Assembly: GCA_003142255.1 (NCBI GenBank)
Contig: PLLO01000006.1
Coordinates: forward strand, 211,419 to 275,418
Direction of reading: 5' to 3'
DNA: 64,000 nt
Source of the DNA: Bacteroidales bacterium
GTDB taxonomy: Bacteria; Bacteroidota; Bacteroidia; Bacteroidales; VadinHA17
In this document: one piece after another, positions 37,229 through 46,076 of the stretch
Layout of the letters: the number at the start of each line of letters is the position of its first letter
How positions within the stretch are numbered: position 1 is the first letter of the stretch
Translations under genes and position numbers: made by a program
Notes under the pieces: model-generated
What the model was told of the DNA's origin: nothing
The model's database searches: none
The model's input: the letters and a program-made list of their open reading frames with translations, nothing else

Positions 37229-37257
37229 AGGGCACCTCATGGAGGTGCCTTTTTTTT
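37229..37257 (+). terminator. intrinsic terminator closing the trp-cys transcript
   Basis: AGGGCACCTC-ATG-GAGGTGCCTT followed by a T-run. Confidence 0.8.
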
Positions 37258-37298
37258 GATTCCGTTATGTAATTTATATAAATTATAAATAAATCAAT

Positions 37299-37431
37299 AA
37301 CCCCCAATAAAAAAAGGGGTAATGTGTAGAAAAAGTGCATAAATATTAATATATACCCTATAAACAATAGGGTATAACATAGAAATAGTATAATAAAATA
37401 TTGTAATACCCCTAAAAATAATATATGTTTG
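37299..37431 (+). promoter_or_regulatory. amtB promoter with phased CCC-N11-GGG operator-like sites
   Basis: CCC at 37303, 37356, 37409 (53-bp period; third is a half-site); ATTG 37400-37403, N20, TATGTTTG 37424-37431. Confidence 0.6.
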
Positions 37432-37471
37432 CCATGGAAACTGACCAAAGTGTGATTAAAAACAATAATTA

Positions 37472-38803
37472 ATGAAAAAAAAGTTTAAAAGAGTTATTCT
37501 GGTACTCCTGTTCATGTTTGTGAACGTATCAGGATTATTTGCAGCAGACGGTAAACCTATTGATTCCGGAGCGACAGCATGGATGCTTACATCTACGGCA
37601 CTTGTGCTCCTTATGATACCTGGGCTTGCAATGTTTTACGGAGGACTCGTGCGTTCTAAAAATGTCCTTGGAACAATAATGCACAGTTATGTTGCAATGG
37701 GTATCATCAGCGTTCTCTGGGTTATTGTCGGCTACAGCATGTGTTTCGGGAACAATATCCTTGGAGGATGGTTCGGATGGAACTCCAATTACTTCTTTCT
37801 TAAGGGAATCGATAACAGCGTATTGGATGCAGGAATCCCCGAATACGTATTTTCCATGTTTCAGTGTAAGTTTGCAATTATAACACCTGCCCTGATAGCA
37901 GGAGCATTTGCAGAGAGGGTAAACTTCAAGGCATACTGCTTCTTCATTGCACTCTGGAGCCTGCTGGTTTATAATCCGCTTTGTCACTGGGTGTGGGCAG
38001 CAGATGGATTCCTTTTTAAAATGGGAGCAAAGGGGGCTATCGATTTTGCAGGAGGCACAGTGGTGCATATTTCTGCAGGTGTAAGCGGACTGGTAGCTGC
38101 TCTTTATCTGGGAGCCCGTCGTGGATATCCTTACCAGGTAATTCGTCCCAATAATATGGTGATCACGATGCTTGGAGCCGGGCTTCTTTGGGTTGGATGG
38201 TTCGGATTCAATGCAGGCAGCAGTATTTCAAGCGGTCTGAGCACGGCTCAGGCTCTTACTGCTACTCAGATGGCAGCTGCAACAGGTGCGCTTTCATGGA
38301 TTATAATTGAATCTCTTCACCAGGGCAAAGCCACTGCGCTTGGATTTGCATCCGGTATCCTGGCAGGTTTGGTGGCTGTGACACCTGCTGCCGGCGTGGT
38401 TCAGCCATGGGGTGCTATGTCTCTGGGAATACTTGCATCATTCCTTTGTTATATGGCAATCCAACTCAAGAACAAGCTTGGGTATGATGATAGCCTTGAT
38501 GCATTCGGGATCCACGGAATTGGCGGAATAGTCGGTGCAATTTTCCTGACCTTTTTTATCCGCAAGTCATGGATGCAGGAAGCTGCTGCAGCTCACGGTG
38601 GTTCATGGACCGTGTGGAACCAGCTTGGCGTACAGGCTCTGGCTGTCTCAGTTGCAATTATCTTTGCTTCCGGTATGACTTTTATAATACTATACCTTCT
38701 CAACAAGGTAGTAAAATTAAAATCCTCTGAAGATGATGAAATGGCAGGACTCGACAGATCTTACCATGGCGAAAGAGGATATGGCATGCTGAATCCAAGT
38801 TAA
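37472..38803 (+). CDS. amtB: ammonium transporter
   Basis: DFAGGTVVH and DAFGIHG twin-His motifs, GWFGFNAGS, signal peptide. Confidence 0.96.
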   Translation: MKKKFKRVILVLLFMFVNVSGLFAADGKPIDSGATAWMLTSTALVLLMIPGLAMFYGGLVRSKNVLGTIMHSYVAMGIISVLWVIVGYSMCFGNNILGGWFGWNSNYFFLKGIDNSVLDAGIPEYVFSMFQCKFAIITPALIAGAFAERVNFKAYCFFIALWSLLVYNPLCHWVWAADGFLFKMGAKGAIDFAGGTVVHISAGVSGLVAALYLGARRGYPYQVIRPNNMVITMLGAGLLWVGWFGFNAGSSISSGLSTAQALTATQMAAATGALSWIIIESLHQGKATALGFASGILAGLVAVTPAAGVVQPWGAMSLGILASFLCYMAIQLKNKLGYDDSLDAFGIHGIGGIVGAIFLTFFIRKSWMQEAAAAHGGSWTVWNQLGVQALAVSVAIIFASGMTFIILYLLNKVVKLKSSEDDEMAGLDRSYHGERGYGMLNPS

Positions 38804-38831
38804 TTTTATAAATCTCCTAAAAACTACGATA

Positions 38832-39179
38832 ATGAAACTTATAACAGCAATAATCCGCGAAGTACAGCTTGATAAAGTACGTGAAGCGCTGATCGCTGCA
38901 GAGATTACCAGGATTACTGTGAGCCGGGTTTCGGGTCACGGTCAGCAAAGAATTGAGGAGATGTACAGGGGACAGCGCATTGTTCCGGATCTCATCCCCA
39001 AAATTAAGATAGACATCGCAGTAAACGAGGCATTTGTAGACATTACAGTTGAGACAATATTGAAATCTGCCAGAACAGACGGCGAAGAAGGGCATGTAGG
39101 TGATGGCAAGATTTTCATCACTCCTCTTGAAGAGTGCATCCGGATTCGCACCGGAGAACGCGGAAGCTCTGCAATTTAG
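38832..39179 (+). CDS. glnK: P-II nitrogen regulatory protein (GlnK-like by position)
   Basis: T-loop EEMYRG, GDGKIF, CIRIRTGERG; directly after amtB. Confidence 0.9.
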   Translation: MKLITAIIREVQLDKVREALIAAEITRITVSRVSGHGQQRIEEMYRGQRIVPDLIPKIKIDIAVNEAFVDITVETILKSARTDGEEGHVGDGKIFITPLEECIRIRTGERGSSAI

Positions 39180-39556
39180 TCAGGTCTATTATCGTTTTTT
39201 GTCTTATTCCTGATTTCATCAGCGATATCTTCAAGCTTATCGGCTGCCTTGCCTGCAAATTTTTTCCCAGCCTCTTTGGCTTTGGATATTTCTTCCTCAG
39301 CTTTAACTTCTGCCTTGCCGGCAAAAGCTCCGAGTTTTTCTTTTATCTTACCCTGTTTTACCTCTTCTACCTTATTCTCAATATAATCTCCGGCTTTATC
39401 CATAGCACCGGTCACTGATTCAAATGCTTTGCTTTTCTTAAGTTTTTCTACATTTTCATCAATAAGATCATCAGCTTTGTCAACAAGCTTCTTTGCTTTG
39501 CCCAGAAAACCTTCCTCTTCGCGTTTTACCGGTTCTTTTTTTGAATTATCTTCCAT
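39176..39556 (-). CDS. hypothetical Lys/Glu/Ala-rich helical protein (LEA/stress-protein-like)
   Basis: 126-aa ORF with amphipathic K/E/A periodicity and no TM. Confidence 0.7.
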   Translation of the reverse strand: MEDNSKKEPVKREEEGFLGKAKKLVDKADDLIDENVEKLKKSKAFESVTGAMDKAGDYIENKVEEVKQGKIKEKLGAFAGKAEVKAEEEISKAKEAGKKFAGKAADKLEDIADEIRNKTKNDNRPD

Positions 39557-39715
39557 ATTATTAAGTGTTAAGAAATTGGCTTGACAATAAAATCAGGGAT
39601 GATTATACAACCCTCAAACATACTAAATAATTGTAGTTGGAGACATGCTAAATTTCTACAGAATCATGATTCATATTTACGCCGTTTTACTAATTTGCAA
39701 AATCTATTCGCAACA

Positions 39716-40960
39716 ATGGTAATCAGGAGATTTATTTTCTTCTTTATAATTTCAGGATTGTCGTTGACAGGGATTTCCCAGTCACGGGACCTGAATTATT
39801 ATGTGCGGGAAGGTTTGCAAAACAGTCCTCTTATTAATGATCTGAAAAACCAGTTTCATTCTGCATCACTCGACAGTATAATAATCGCAGCTCAGCATAA
39901 GCCTCAGGTTGAAGGAAGGTCCCAGCTGCTTTACTCACCCTATAACGACCATTTTGGGTATGATGAAGTGATTACTGATGGTGGTAATTATCAGGCTGTT
40001 GCATATGTTTCGCAGGATTTATTCGTAAATAAAAAAATTGGAAATAAATACCAGGCCCTGAATTACGATAAACAGGGTCTGAACTTATCAGTTAAGCTCT
40101 CTTCAGCTGAACTAAAAAAAACGATAACTGATCTTTATATTGAATCATACTCGGTTTTTTCTGATCTAATGTTCAATGTTTCATTCCTTAACCTGATGAA
40201 AAATGAGAACATGGTGGTAAGCAGGTTTGTTGAGAATGGGATTTATTCGCAGTCAGATTACCTGGCTCTACTTGTCGAAACAGGAGGTCAGGAAGTCATC
40301 ATCACCCAGCTGCGAAATCAGTACAGGAAGAATATTATGTCGCTGAACGAGCTTTGCGGTATCGTTGACACATCCGAAGTCATGCTTCAGGTCCCTGTTA
40401 TTGAACCCCAGGGGACAGCAAAAATTTCTGACTACCTGATTCTCAGGCAATATTCTCTTGACAGCCTCCGGATTATAAATGAGAAGGAAGCGCTGGCGCT
40501 CAGGTACAAGCCTTCGGTAAACTGGTTTGCTGATGCAGGTATACTTACAAGTAATCCATTCAATTTCTACAGGCATGCAGGTGCAAGCGCCGGTGTTTCA
40601 CTGACAGTCCCAATATATGACGGGCATCAGAAAAAAGTTGAGGCGGATAAACTGTCGTTAAAGGAAGATTCACGTTCGCGTTACTCTGACAGTAAGAAAA
40701 AAGAGTACGACCAAATCTATCTGAGGCTGAATAGCGAACTTGAAGGAATAAAACAGGTGAAGACCGGGCTTGAAAAGCAGCTGACCATTTCCGATCAGCT
40801 TGTAAAATCTCTGCGGGTGCAGCTCGAAAATGGGATTATTAAAATGCAGGATTATATTGTTGCAATCAAGAATTACAGGAATATAAACCGGAGCATCATA
40901 CTTTCTGATATTGATATTTTACGGGTAAAAAATGAAATTAATTACATCCTTACCCGGTAA
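39716..40960 (+). CDS. TolC family outer-membrane efflux protein
   Basis: Signal peptide from ATG 39716 (MVIRRFIFF); YKPSVNWFADAG..SLTVPIYDG; first gene of the RND operon. Confidence 0.82.
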   Translation: MVIRRFIFFFIISGLSLTGISQSRDLNYYVREGLQNSPLINDLKNQFHSASLDSIIIAAQHKPQVEGRSQLLYSPYNDHFGYDEVITDGGNYQAVAYVSQDLFVNKKIGNKYQALNYDKQGLNLSVKLSSAELKKTITDLYIESYSVFSDLMFNVSFLNLMKNENMVVSRFVENGIYSQSDYLALLVETGGQEVIITQLRNQYRKNIMSLNELCGIVDTSEVMLQVPVIEPQGTAKISDYLILRQYSLDSLRIINEKEALALRYKPSVNWFADAGILTSNPFNFYRHAGASAGVSLTVPIYDGHQKKVEADKLSLKEDSRSRYSDSKKKEYDQIYLRLNSELEGIKQVKTGLEKQLTISDQLVKSLRVQLENGIIKMQDYIVAIKNYRNINRSIILSDIDILRVKNEINYILTR

Positions 40961-40992
40961 TAATTTTTGATTAACCAGGAAAAAGAAATCAA

Positions 40993-41922
40993 ATGATTAA
41001 AAAGCTTCCAGAATATCCGGCACTTTTGCTGCTAACCCTGATCTTGGTCCTCTCTCCTTCATGCAGGCATAAGAGCGAGAATAAAGAGAGCCAGATAATT
41101 GCGAAAACACCAGTCAGTATAGGAATCCCTGCGTTCAGGGATATTTCCGACACGATAGATTTTCCTGCAATAACGAGTTACCTGAAAAAGAATGTTATAA
41201 AGTCGTCAATTACCGGTGTAATTGAAACAGTCTCTGCAATCCAGGGCGAAACCATTGCAAAGGGTAATCAGGTATTCACTTTAAGAACAAGGGAGGCTTC
41301 TGCAATGAGGAACAGCCAGCCGGGAGACTCAGCCCTTGGGCTCAAGGGTGTAATCAGAATATTTTCCCCTCAGGATGGAGTGATAAACAGTGTGTCTCAT
41401 CAGACAGGAGATTTTGTCCAGGAGGGAGATGAGCTGGCCGTTATTGCAGACAGCAAAAGCCTCGTTTTCATCCTGGAAGTGCCGTTTGAAATGATAAGTT
41501 ATATCGGATTGAACAGGAACTGCGCCCTGTCTCTCCCTGATAATACCAGGATGATTGGAAAAATCACGGCAAAACTTCCTGAAATGAATATGCAGAATCA
41601 GACAGTCAGATATGTCGTAACTGCTGAAAAAACATCAAAGCTCCCGGAAAACCTTATTGCATCCGCGCTTATTGTCAAGGGAAGCAGAAAGCATATCCAG
41701 GTCCTGCCAAGATCCGCAGTTCTGGGGAATGAGACACTGACAAATTTCTGGGTAATGAAACTGATCAATGATTCCGTTGCAATCAAAGTACCTGTCAGGA
41801 CGGGTATTGAAAACAGTGGAGAAGTCGAAATCATTGAACCCCTGTTTTTAATAACTGACAAGATCCTGATTTCCGGCAACTACGGGCTGCCTGATACTGC
41901 AGCAGTAATAGTTGGCAGGTAA
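40993..41922 (+). CDS. RND efflux periplasmic adaptor subunit
   Basis: Lipobox-like LSPSC, split lipoyl halves, VPVRTG..VEII..ILISGNYGL C-terminal motif. Confidence 0.85.
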   Translation: MIKKLPEYPALLLLTLILVLSPSCRHKSENKESQIIAKTPVSIGIPAFRDISDTIDFPAITSYLKKNVIKSSITGVIETVSAIQGETIAKGNQVFTLRTREASAMRNSQPGDSALGLKGVIRIFSPQDGVINSVSHQTGDFVQEGDELAVIADSKSLVFILEVPFEMISYIGLNRNCALSLPDNTRMIGKITAKLPEMNMQNQTVRYVVTAEKTSKLPENLIASALIVKGSRKHIQVLPRSAVLGNETLTNFWVMKLINDSVAIKVPVRTGIENSGEVEIIEPLFLITDKILISGNYGLPDTAAVIVGR

Positions 41923-41926
41923 TGAG

Positions 41927-44900
41927 ATGAAGAATTTTTTTGTTGCATATAAAAACCCTGTTTCAATCCTGCTTGCAGTAATTATTGCAGGCGGGCTCTT
42001 CCTGTACGGACAGGTGAGGGTATCCCTTTTCCCGGAAGTGACATTTCCCAAGATTAAGGTTATAGCCGATAACGGCGAACAGCCGGTGGATAAGATGATG
42101 GTTACAGTTACACGTCCTCTTGAAGATGCCATCAAGCAGGTGCCCGATCTTAAAATGCTGAGAAGCACAACAAGCAGGGGAACATGCGAAATATCTGCCT
42201 TCCTCAACTGGGATGCCAATATTGACGTTAATCAGCAGATGCTTGAATCAAGGATCTCGCAGATCAAAAATGTTCTCCCTCCGGATGTCTCAATACAGAT
42301 AGAAAAAATGAATCCTTCTATTCTTCCGGTAATAGGATATACTGTCGAAAGTGATTCCAGGACGCCAATTGAGCTTAATTTGCTGGCACTCTATACGATC
42401 AAGCCATTTCTCTCACAGATTGAGGGTGTTTCATCTGTTGGCGTTATAGGCGGGAGGACAAAAGAATACTGGGTGGAGCTGAATCAGCAAAAGATGACAG
42501 CCAGTTCAATTACTCCCGAAATGATAAGGGACGTTTTGAGCCAGAACTATTTTATAGACTCAAACGGATATCTTTCTGATTATCGCAGATTGTACCTTAC
42601 AGTAACCGATGCCGGGCTTTATAATCTTGGGGACATTCAGAATGCCGTTATCCGGAACGACGGCAAAAGAATAATAAAACTTAAGGACATTGCAGAAATA
42701 AATGTTCGGGAAAGGACCGAATATACAAGGATAAATGCCAACGGCAGGCAGGGTCTTCTGGTAGCAATCCTGAAGCAGCCGAATGCCAACCTGATTAATC
42801 TTGCACAAAGTGTTGCGGAAAAGGAGAAGGAGCTGCAGAAAATACTTCCGCCTGATGTGCATCTCTCATTGTATTATAACCAGGCCGAATTTGTCAATAG
42901 AGCTATAAAAAGTGTCAGCGACAGTATCTGGTTAGGACTTCTGCTGGCAATTATTGTGGCAGTAATGTTCCTCAGGTCATTCAGGGCCAGCGCGACCATA
43001 TTGGTTACAATACCTGTTACACTCCTTCTCACAATTATTGTCCTTTATTCTATAGGCTACACCCTGAATATCATGACTTTCGGGGCATTGGCTGCTGCCA
43101 TAGGCCTGATAATTGACGATGCGGTTGTGGTAATGGAGCAGATACATCGAACACATGAGGAGTTTCCTGACCGGCCATCAAACCAGCTTGTCCACCAGGC
43201 AATTACCTACCTGTTCCCATCAATGGTCGGGTCGTCCCTGAGCACCATCGTAATTTTTATCCCGTTTATGCTGCTGGGAGGAGTGGCAGGAGCCTATTTC
43301 AATGTTCTGACCAACACAATGATAGTCACCCTGGTGTGTTCATTCTTTGTCACATGGATCGGGTTGCCTGTGATATATTTATGGTTTTCGGATGTCAGAC
43401 CACTCTTTTCGAAAGAGAAAAAAAAGGTGAAGAAAGTGGTTAAACAACGAGACTGGATATCTTTTTTCATTAAGCACCCTGCTATAAGCATTTTATTTCT
43501 GATTTTTCTTGCAGGATCAATAATATTTATCCTTCCACGGCTCGAAACCGGATTTCTTCCTGAAATGGACGAAGGCGCTATTGTAATGGATTATAAATCC
43601 CCGCCCGGAACATCACTTGATGAGACTGACAAGATTCTTAAAGAGGTCGAAAAAATTATTGTTGCTATTCCGGAAGTAGAAACATATTCCAGAAGAACCG
43701 GGGCACAGATGGGTTTCTTTATAACTGAACCCAATAACGGAGATTATCTGATTCATCTTAAAAACGACAGATCAAGAAGCACCGAAAAGGTAATAGATGA
43801 TATAAGGAAAAGAATAGAGGCAACCCAGCCTGCTCTCCAGATTGATTTCGGTCAGGTAATCGGAGATATGCTTGGTGACCTTATGGCATCAGTTCAGCCA
43901 ATCGAGATCAAAATTTTCGGTAACGACCAGGACAAACTTAATGATCTGGCAACAAGGATTGCCGGTGAAATTGAAAAGATTGACGGAGTTGCAGATGTTT
44001 TTGACGGGATAACAATAGCCGGCCCCTCCGTTGATATTATACTCGACCAGAAAAAGCTGGCGCAATTCAACATATCGCCTTCATCATTTCAGTTTCAGCT
44101 TCAGACAATGATGGAAGGCAATATTATTGGGACAATCCCTGAAAATGAACATCTTACCGGGATAAGGATGATCTATCCGAACAGCACGAAAAACAGCGTT
44201 TCAAGTGTTAAAGAACAGAAGATCTTCTTGCCTGATGGTAAACTTAAGCCTTTAGCAAGTCTTGCTTCCTTCAATTTAAAAAGCGGAGTTGCTGAGATAA
44301 ACAGGGAAAACCTGAAGTCAGTCTCAATAGTTTCTGCACGTCTTAATAACCGCGATCTTGGAAGCGTGATGAAGGATATTCAAAAAACGATAGGTGAAAA
44401 ATTCTTCCTTCCCCAGGGGTACCACATAGAATATGGCGGAGCGTATGCCGATCAGCAGAAATCATTTGATCAGCTGCTGATGATACTGATTTTGTCAAGT
44501 TTGTTGGTATTTGCCCTTATTTTGTTCCTTTTCAGGGATATTAAAGCTGCCTGTACCATACTTTTCATTGCAGTTTTTGGTGTCGGAGGGAGCCTTCTTG
44601 CGCTGTTTTTAACCAATACGCCACTGAATGTGGGCAGCTATACCGGACTTATTATGATAGTGGGCATTATAGGTGAAAATGCAATTTTTACTTTTCAGCA
44701 ATATATGACAAACAGGGCAACCGGCACAGTTGACGAATCGCTGGTTTATGCTATATCCACAAGGTTAAGACCAAAGCTGATGACCGCACTTGGGGCCATC
44801 ATTGCACTGTTACCGCTTGCAGCAGGGATAGGAGTCGGGGCACAGATGAACCAGCCTCTGGCTATCGCTGTCATTGGCGGATTTGTTTTTGCATTGCCCC

Positions 44901-44956
44901 TTCTTCTGATAGTTTTCCCAACTATTCTGAGAATTATTTACAGACGGCAAAACTGA
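41927..44956 (+). CDS. RND efflux permease (AcrB/CusA superfamily)
   Basis: SLFPEVTFP, TM4 IGLIIDDAVVVME, FLPEMDEG, TM11 RLRPKLMT; ATG 41927 preferred over TTG 41912. Confidence 0.93.
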   Translation: MKNFFVAYKNPVSILLAVIIAGGLFLYGQVRVSLFPEVTFPKIKVIADNGEQPVDKMMVTVTRPLEDAIKQVPDLKMLRSTTSRGTCEISAFLNWDANIDVNQQMLESRISQIKNVLPPDVSIQIEKMNPSILPVIGYTVESDSRTPIELNLLALYTIKPFLSQIEGVSSVGVIGGRTKEYWVELNQQKMTASSITPEMIRDVLSQNYFIDSNGYLSDYRRLYLTVTDAGLYNLGDIQNAVIRNDGKRIIKLKDIAEINVRERTEYTRINANGRQGLLVAILKQPNANLINLAQSVAEKEKELQKILPPDVHLSLYYNQAEFVNRAIKSVSDSIWLGLLLAIIVAVMFLRSFRASATILVTIPVTLLLTIIVLYSIGYTLNIMTFGALAAAIGLIIDDAVVVMEQIHRTHEEFPDRPSNQLVHQAITYLFPSMVGSSLSTIVIFIPFMLLGGVAGAYFNVLTNTMIVTLVCSFFVTWIGLPVIYLWFSDVRPLFSKEKKKVKKVVKQRDWISFFIKHPAISILFLIFLAGSIIFILPRLETGFLPEMDEGAIVMDYKSPPGTSLDETDKILKEVEKIIVAIPEVETYSRRTGAQMGFFITEPNNGDYLIHLKNDRSRSTEKVIDDIRKRIEATQPALQIDFGQVIGDMLGDLMASVQPIEIKIFGNDQDKLNDLATRIAGEIEKIDGVADVFDGITIAGPSVDIILDQKKLAQFNISPSSFQFQLQTMMEGNIIGTIPENEHLTGIRMIYPNSTKNSVSSVKEQKIFLPDGKLKPLASLASFNLKSGVAEINRENLKSVSIVSARLNNRDLGSVMKDIQKTIGEKFFLPQGYHIEYGGAYADQQKSFDQLLMILILSSLLVFALILFLFRDIKAACTILFIAVFGVGGSLLALFLTNTPLNVGSYTGLIMIVGIIGENAIFTFQQYMTNRATGTVDESLVYAISTRLRPKLMTALGAIIALLPLAAGIGVGAQMNQPLAIAVIGGFVFALPLLLIVFPTILRIIYRRQN

Positions 44957-45018
44957 AAAAGGCAGCTTCCGGGCTTCAGGAAGGGTGAAGAAAGTTTACT
45001 ACTTTGACAAAGATTTCA

Positions 45019-45828
45019 TTAAGGTTGCGAAATTGGAGGGACATCCGGTGCTAATTTTATCGGTTGTTTCTTTTGCAGATTAAAATAAAGACCAACATTA
45101 ATTCTGCATATTTCGAATAGCAGATCAGGATTCGTAATGTTCCTGGAAAAAACCAGCTGAATCTGTCCTTTGACCGATTTTAATCCTCCCCGGAAAGTAA
45201 ATGCAGGCTCAAACAGCCAGGAAGTGTGGTTCTGTTTGAGATCATTCAGTTCCTGTAAATGATATACTGAGTTGTATATGCTTACCTGGCTTAAGTTTAA
45301 ATTGCTGATCCGGAAGGAAAATGCACCTTCCAGCCCATTAATTTTTATTCCGATATCGGGCTGAATGAATAATTTCGAAAATGATATGTCAGCCGTGCCA
45401 TCGGGCACCCTTGTCCAGGAAAACCAACCGTCATATTCGGAGTAAGTGAAAGTATGATGCTGAGATCCCTGTCCATAACCTCCGAATATTTCAAACACGC
45501 CTATATCATTGAATGACTTGTAATAACCCATAGCACCTTCAAAATAGCTGGTTTTTGAAAAATCCTTATAATAATCAGTTGAATTATCATTTCCACCTGT
45601 CATATAATTAGCCGTCAAGGCTATATGTTCCGGGAAAGAATATCCTGCCTGAAGTTCAAGGCAAGTGTTTACTGCACCTAAACTGCCTGCTATAAGACCG
45701 GAGAATTCATTTTTTTCTTTAAATAAAGGGACATTTTGAATGTTGGGTGAATAATAAAAATGAGGAATTGAACAGCCGGGAAATATTACTGAAACCGCCA
45801 AAACAAGTAATAGAAAATTTGTTTTCAT
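45019..45828 (-). CDS. hypothetical lipoprotein with beta-strand-rich (OMP-like) body
   Basis: Lipobox FPGC after ATG 45828; alternating-hydrophobic strands such as INVGLYFNL. Confidence 0.7.
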   Translation of the reverse strand: MKTNFLLLVLAVSVIFPGCSIPHFYYSPNIQNVPLFKEKNEFSGLIAGSLGAVNTCLELQAGYSFPEHIALTANYMTGGNDNSTDYYKDFSKTSYFEGAMGYYKSFNDIGVFEIFGGYGQGSQHHTFTYSEYDGWFSWTRVPDGTADISFSKLFIQPDIGIKINGLEGAFSFRISNLNLSQVSIYNSVYHLQELNDLKQNHTSWLFEPAFTFRGGLKSVKGQIQLVFSRNITNPDLLFEICRINVGLYFNLQKKQPIKLAPDVPPISQP

Positions 45829-45899
45829 TTTACCAGTTCCTGAGAAGTAATTGGAGAGATTAAAAAAGAACGACAAAATATTGAAAAGCCTTATAATAA

Positions 45900-45932
45900 C
45901 AAAGTTACTAAACTATTACCATGCAAGTCAAA
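45900..45932 (-). promoter_or_regulatory. sigma-ABfr promoter for the 45828 gene
   Basis: Minus strand TTTG (45929-45932), N21, TAACTTTG (45900-45907). Confidence 0.65.
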
Positions 45933-46076
45933 TTTATTTTAACCAGAGGATTTCGCTCGGGAAGATAAAGCGGGCAGCAGATTCAGGCCACCGCTCCCAT
46001 ATGATAATCTAAAAACTCTGGAATAAATTTAATTTCCATTTATTTTTCTTTACTTTAATCATCTAATGCTAAAATC

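Noticed and set aside
37056-37448. 130-aa hydrophobic minus-strand ORF
   Set aside because: Arises from AT-rich intergenic DNA and spans the terminator and amtB promoter
37535-38068. 177-aa Cys/His-rich minus-strand ORF
   Set aside because: Antisense shadow of amtB
39581-39715. 45-aa N-terminal extension of TolC
   Set aside because: The signal peptide begins at ATG 39716; the extension is not signal-like
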